A stretch of DNA of 64,000 nt from an uncultured virus (IMG/VR IMGVR_UViG_3300027708_002678). Its lineage: Duplodnaviria > Heunggongvirae > Uroviricota > Caudoviricetes. Of the stretch, positions 60,736 through 64,000 are shown in pieces. The notes under the pieces were generated by a model. That model was not told the DNA's origin and searched no databases. It saw only the letters and a program-made list of their open reading frames with translations. The stretch is taken from the IMG/VR virus record IMGVR_UViG_3300027708_002678. One strand, given 5' to 3'. Positions within the stretch are counted from its first letter, which is position 1; each line of letters begins with the position of its first letter. The position numbers were made by a program, and so were the translations under genes.

Positions 60736-61971
60736 TTAAGCAACCTCTTCTATTTTAGGTAACATTTGACCTAAAGATTCAAGATTAGGACATTGTTGTG
60801 AATCTTCACCCATTGCTTTGAAGAATTTATCATTTTGAACTAAATAATTATTTTGAGTTTCACCAATAATAAAAACTAACGCACCGACTGCATATGGTCT
60901 TGCAATTTTTAAAAAGTCTTCAGGAAGATTAATACAACCATATGATTTGTTAAATTTAGAAGTACCTAAATATTGTTCAACAGTTTTTATAAATGAATCC
61001 GGAATACTTTCAGATTTTGGTGATGCACTACTACCCATAGCTTTTTTAAGTTCTCGCATTGCTTTTACTCTTGGAGCTTCATTATAAAATCCGTGAATAG
61101 CGTTTGCTAAACTTTCGCCGTCTAAAGTTGTTACATTAAAGATATTATTATCACCACCAACATAATCCTCATCAGTTTTTAACGCATTAATAGAATAAAT
61201 TCCTTTAGGAAAAAATCTTGATTTATTTTTATTTATATAATCGTAAATTAATTCCTTATCATATTTTTTACCACCACCAGTTTTATCTTTATATTCTTGT
61301 GATTTCACATCATATTTAAAACCCGCAGCATTGGCATATTCGTCCCAAGACCATAATGCTTTAGCTATTGATTTAGCGTCTTGAGATTGAGCATTTAACC
61401 CATCTATCGTATATGATTTAGCAACAAAATCGCCTTTTTTGTTAAACAAATAAATGTTATTATCTCTTGTATCAATAACGAAAAAATTTCTATTACTAAA
61501 TTTAGGTCGTATACCAACATATGAAATTTCACAAGCACTTCTTACAGGAACACCATTAGAAATTAATTCTCCACCAACTTTTTGATATTGACTCATTTTT
61601 GTCAAATCAACCCCTTTAGTACTAGGTATTGAAGGACAAAAATTTTGAGATGTTTTATCATCTTTTTTAATTGGTGTTTCAGGTTTTTTAATTTGCATAG
61701 TCTTATCACCAATAACTTGTTTAATACTAGTTATTGATTTATGATTTTTAGCCTCTTTCCAATTAGGGTACTTGTCACCATATTTTGTATTTTCTTTACC
61801 TTTAAAATAATATTTACCATTTTCAAATTTATAATCATACGCATTATCGTGGTCAGTAACTATAATTGGAGACACACCTTGTTCACTTAAATAGTGACGT
61901 TTAGTTGCACTTTCGTGAAGATTTAATATTCTATTTTTTTCTTCTTCGTTAATTATAAATAAATTTTTCAT
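60736..61971 (-). CDS. L,D-transpeptidase (YkuD)-like protein with a conserved N-terminal leader
   Basis: AIHG...SYGCINL catalytic His/Cys motif. Likely start MKNLFIINEEEK at 61971. Confidence 0.65.
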   Translation of the reverse strand: MKNLFIINEEEKNRILNLHESATKRHYLSEQGVSPIIVTDHDNAYDYKFENGKYYFKGKENTKYGDKYPNWKEAKNHKSITSIKQVIGDKTMQIKKPETPIKKDDKTSQNFCPSIPSTKGVDLTKMSQYQKVGGELISNGVPVRSACEISYVGIRPKFSNRNFFVIDTRDNNIYLFNKKGDFVAKSYTIDGLNAQSQDAKSIAKALWSWDEYANAAGFKYDVKSQEYKDKTGGGKKYDKELIYDYINKNKSRFFPKGIYSINALKTDEDYVGGDNNIFNVTTLDGESLANAIHGFYNEAPRVKAMRELKKAMGSSASPKSESIPDSFIKTVEQYLGTSKFNKSYGCINLPEDFLKIARPYAVGALVFIIGETQNNYLVQNDKFFKAMGEDSQQCPNLESLGQMLPKIEEVA

Positions 61972-61972
61972 A

Positions 61973-62791
61973 TTATTTCGGAGTTGTTGGGGTATAACCC
62001 TTAAATTCAGGGAATGATTTAGCTTTGAACTGTGAACCCGCAGCTGTCGGTGCTCCCGCAGTTGGTGGATTAGTTCCAGCACCCGGTTGCCCTATTAAAT
62101 CATTGATATCGATTTCAGAATATCCTGAACCTCCACCAGCAGCTACACCACTATTTTCTGTACCGGTTTTTTGACCTCCGGTATTAGCACCTGTAGTTTG
62201 AGCACCTGTTGATGCACCTTGAACACCAGTTTCAGCGGTTTTCTTAATTGCTGCCGATGACGCGTCGGTAGTATTGTTGGTTGGTTGAGTTGTAGTAGTT
62301 GTTGTGGTTGCGTTTGTATCTGTTTTTGGTAAATTTTGTAATGACGATAAAATACTTGCAGATGTTTTAGGTCCATATTTACCATCCGGAGTTAATCCGG
62401 CTTGAGATTTTGTATTTAATAAAGTTTGTAATTCAACAATTGAAGGGTATTTAACCCCTATTTTAATAGGTGTCACTGGTGGTGGTGGTGTTGTTGCTGC
62501 CGGTGGAGTAGTTCCTGCAGCTGTTGGTGGAGTAGTTCCTGCTGCTGTTGGTGGAGTAGTTCCTGTGTTAGCACCTGTAACACCACCAATTTCTACACCA
62601 GGTTTAGACCCACCAATCGTATTTAGAGATTGTTTAATAGCATCAACCACTTTTGGGTCTAAATTTCCATAATTCCCTGAGTCAATGTTTCCAGCAATAG
62701 TTTTAACATCCTGTTCAGAAATAACAATACCTCTTTTATACCCCAAAAGGTATTTCATATTTTCAATTTCTTTTAATATATTTTTTTTCAT
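61973..62791 (-). CDS. Low-complexity protein with a peptidoglycan-binding domain (PG_binding_1-like)
   Basis: IVELQTLLN....LTPDGKYGPKT...I. Confidence 0.65.
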   Translation of the reverse strand: MKKNILKEIENMKYLLGYKRGIVISEQDVKTIAGNIDSGNYGNLDPKVVDAIKQSLNTIGGSKPGVEIGGVTGANTGTTPPTAAGTTPPTAAGTTPPAATTPPPPVTPIKIGVKYPSIVELQTLLNTKSQAGLTPDGKYGPKTSASILSSLQNLPKTDTNATTTTTTTQPTNNTTDASSAAIKKTAETGVQGASTGAQTTGANTGGQKTGTENSGVAAGGGSGYSEIDINDLIGQPGAGTNPPTAGAPTAAGSQFKAKSFPEFKGYTPTTPK

Positions 62792-63507
62792 TATCTTGGT
62801 CTATTTGCGTTTGCTTGTAATTGTTTTATTGCATCATTAAGTTGGTCTGAAGTCATACCAACTTGTTGTTGTGCTTGAGCGATACCTCCAGCGGGTGTTC
62901 CTGTTGTTGGAGTTGTTGTCCCAGCAGCAGCTGCTGGTGGTGTTGTAACCTCTGATTTAGGAGTATCTTGTGGTTTACCATTTAATTTTTCATTAATTTT
63001 TTGTAACAAACCGGAATCCATAATACCTGTTTCAGGTAAACCTAAGAATTTTTGAATAGCCTTAGTATTTTCAGTTGTTTTAGCAACAATTTGTTGTTTA
63101 TATTGTTGTAATTTTTTTGCCTTGTCATCAGTTGTTACCGCAGTTTTAAATTCAGGGTCATTACAAGAATATTTTTCAGATTTATTATTGGCAACAGGTT
63201 GTTTACGTTTATAACCATTATTATAATACACATAACCTTTTATTATATATGCTGTCGACCCGTCTGATAATTTAGTTGGTTTAACCCCTTGACTAGGGAC
63301 ACACGAATATATTCCTTCCCAATTTTTTTCTCTAGCAAGACCATCTTTCTTACCAGCACCTGCTTGAGCATTAAATCCAAGTGGATTATTTGGTATTGCT
63401 CCAAATGGTGAAGTTTGTTCATTCAAATATTGACGTTTTGTTGCACTCTCGTGAATATTTAAAATTCTATTTTTTTCTTCTTCGTCTAAGAAATATAATT
63501 TTTTCAT
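62791..63507 (-). CDS. Protein with a conserved N-terminal leader and a PG-binding-like segment
   Basis: MKKLYFLDEEEKNRILNIHESATKRQYLNEQ; KAIQKFLGLPETGIMD. Confidence 0.6.
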   Translation of the reverse strand: MKKLYFLDEEEKNRILNIHESATKRQYLNEQTSPFGAIPNNPLGFNAQAGAGKKDGLAREKNWEGIYSCVPSQGVKPTKLSDGSTAYIIKGYVYYNNGYKRKQPVANNKSEKYSCNDPEFKTAVTTDDKAKKLQQYKQQIVAKTTENTKAIQKFLGLPETGIMDSGLLQKINEKLNGKPQDTPKSEVTTPPAAAAGTTTPTTGTPAGGIAQAQQQVGMTSDQLNDAIKQLQANANRPR

Positions 63508-63534
63508 AAAATATTTTATTTATAAATATCATAT

Positions 63535-63561
63535 AAAAAAAAAAGAGACCGAAGTCTCTTA
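63535..63561 (-). terminator. UUCG-tetraloop terminator, identical to the one at 60111-60136
   Basis: TAAGAGAC-TTCG-GTCTCTTTTTTTTT on the minus strand. Confidence 0.8.
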
Positions 63562-64000
63562 GAATAAATTTTTAAATTTTGGTTCTGATTTATATTGGTA
63601 TTTCTGATATCCCAATCCTTCAATCATTTTTTTACCAGTTTCAATTCCATTATAAACATCCTCAACTACAACATATTCATTTCTTGTGTGATAGTCGTAA
63701 TAACCTATTGCAAAATTGATACAGGCAAAATCAAAAGTATTCTTTAATGCGTAAACATCGGTATAAGGGTTTGAGAAGTATTCTTGTTCCCCATTGAAAC
63801 TCTCGTTTAACACATTATTACAAGTCTCAAAGAACTCACTATCTCTTTCAAATAATCTTGTTCCCATACAAACTTCAGTAACCATTCTATTACCCGGAGC
63901 GTCAAACTGAATCCCATAACCAACATTCATAAAGAAGTTTGGGTCGGCTTTTTTAGACCCGTGACATCCGGTTTCTTCTGATACGAAAAATGCTGCTTTC
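63559..64000 (-). CDS. Partial M20/M28/M42-type zinc peptidase (runs off right edge)
   Basis: The frame continues upstream of the listed ORF as AAFFVSEETGCHGS...IQFDAPG, with a C-terminal GYYDYHT..E. Confidence 0.7.
   Translation of the reverse strand, partial: KAAFFVSEETGCHGSKKADPNFFMNVGYGIQFDAPGNRMVTEVCMGTRLFERDSEFFETCNNVLNESFNGEQEYFSNPYTDVYALKNTFDFACINFAIGYYDYHTRNEYVVVEDVYNGIETGKKMIEGLGYQKYQYKSEPKFKNLF

Noticed and set aside
61972..62082. Upstream extensions given by the ORF track (62082, 54893, 40763, 36366, 21941, 2175)
   Set aside because: They overlap neighbouring genes or promoter motifs; downstream ATGs fit gene coupling and paralogue alignment better.
1..64000. Stop-codon reassignment, as in some large phages
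   Set aside because: Core genes are full length in the standard code, and TAG/TGA stops are followed directly by next-gene starts or spacers.
1..64000. tRNA, rRNA or other structured RNA genes
   Set aside because: Intergenic gaps are short and explained by promoters and terminators; no cloverleaf signatures were seen by eye. A tRNAscan-SE/Infernal run would be the definitive check.

Overview
This AT-rich window comes from a large T4-like (jumbo/huge) tailed phage and reads cleanly in the standard genetic code. A Bacteroidota (Flavobacteria-like) host is likely, based on a Bacteroidota-type ribosomal protein bS21, a DUF4494-like gene and TAnnTTTG promoter elements. Layout: (i) 1-5.5 kb, minus strand: Cys-rich proteins with mucin-like Thr/Pro linkers. 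(ii) 5.5-8.2 kb: small late genes, including a stand-alone WYL-like protein. (iii) 8.3-31.5 kb: a ~23 kb co-oriented glycosylation region encoding GDP-fucose, GDP-perosamine and GDP-L-galactose synthesis, about ten glycosyltransferase-like genes and tailoring enzymes, plus dUTPase, an exonuclease, PhoH and a GIY-YIG endonuclease. (iv) 31.5-38.3 kb: a gp55-like late sigma factor and baseplate/structural genes. (v) 40-57.9 kb, minus strand: the head module (HNH, major capsid, scaffold, prohead protease, portal, terminase) with an antisense bS21 gene. (vi) 58-64 kb: a Clp ATPase, peptidases and peptidoglycan-related proteins that share an N-terminal leader. Main leads: a possible phage-encoded virion glycosylation system (pathway, mucin-like acceptors and a recurrent [S/T]-[G/A]-x-T motif); a TATTTAT late-promoter motif that often sits only 4-6 nt before ATG; a bS21 gene with a strong Shine-Dalgarno; and a shared leader peptide that may target proteins into the capsid. 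All calls come from reading motifs by eye; no database searches were run.
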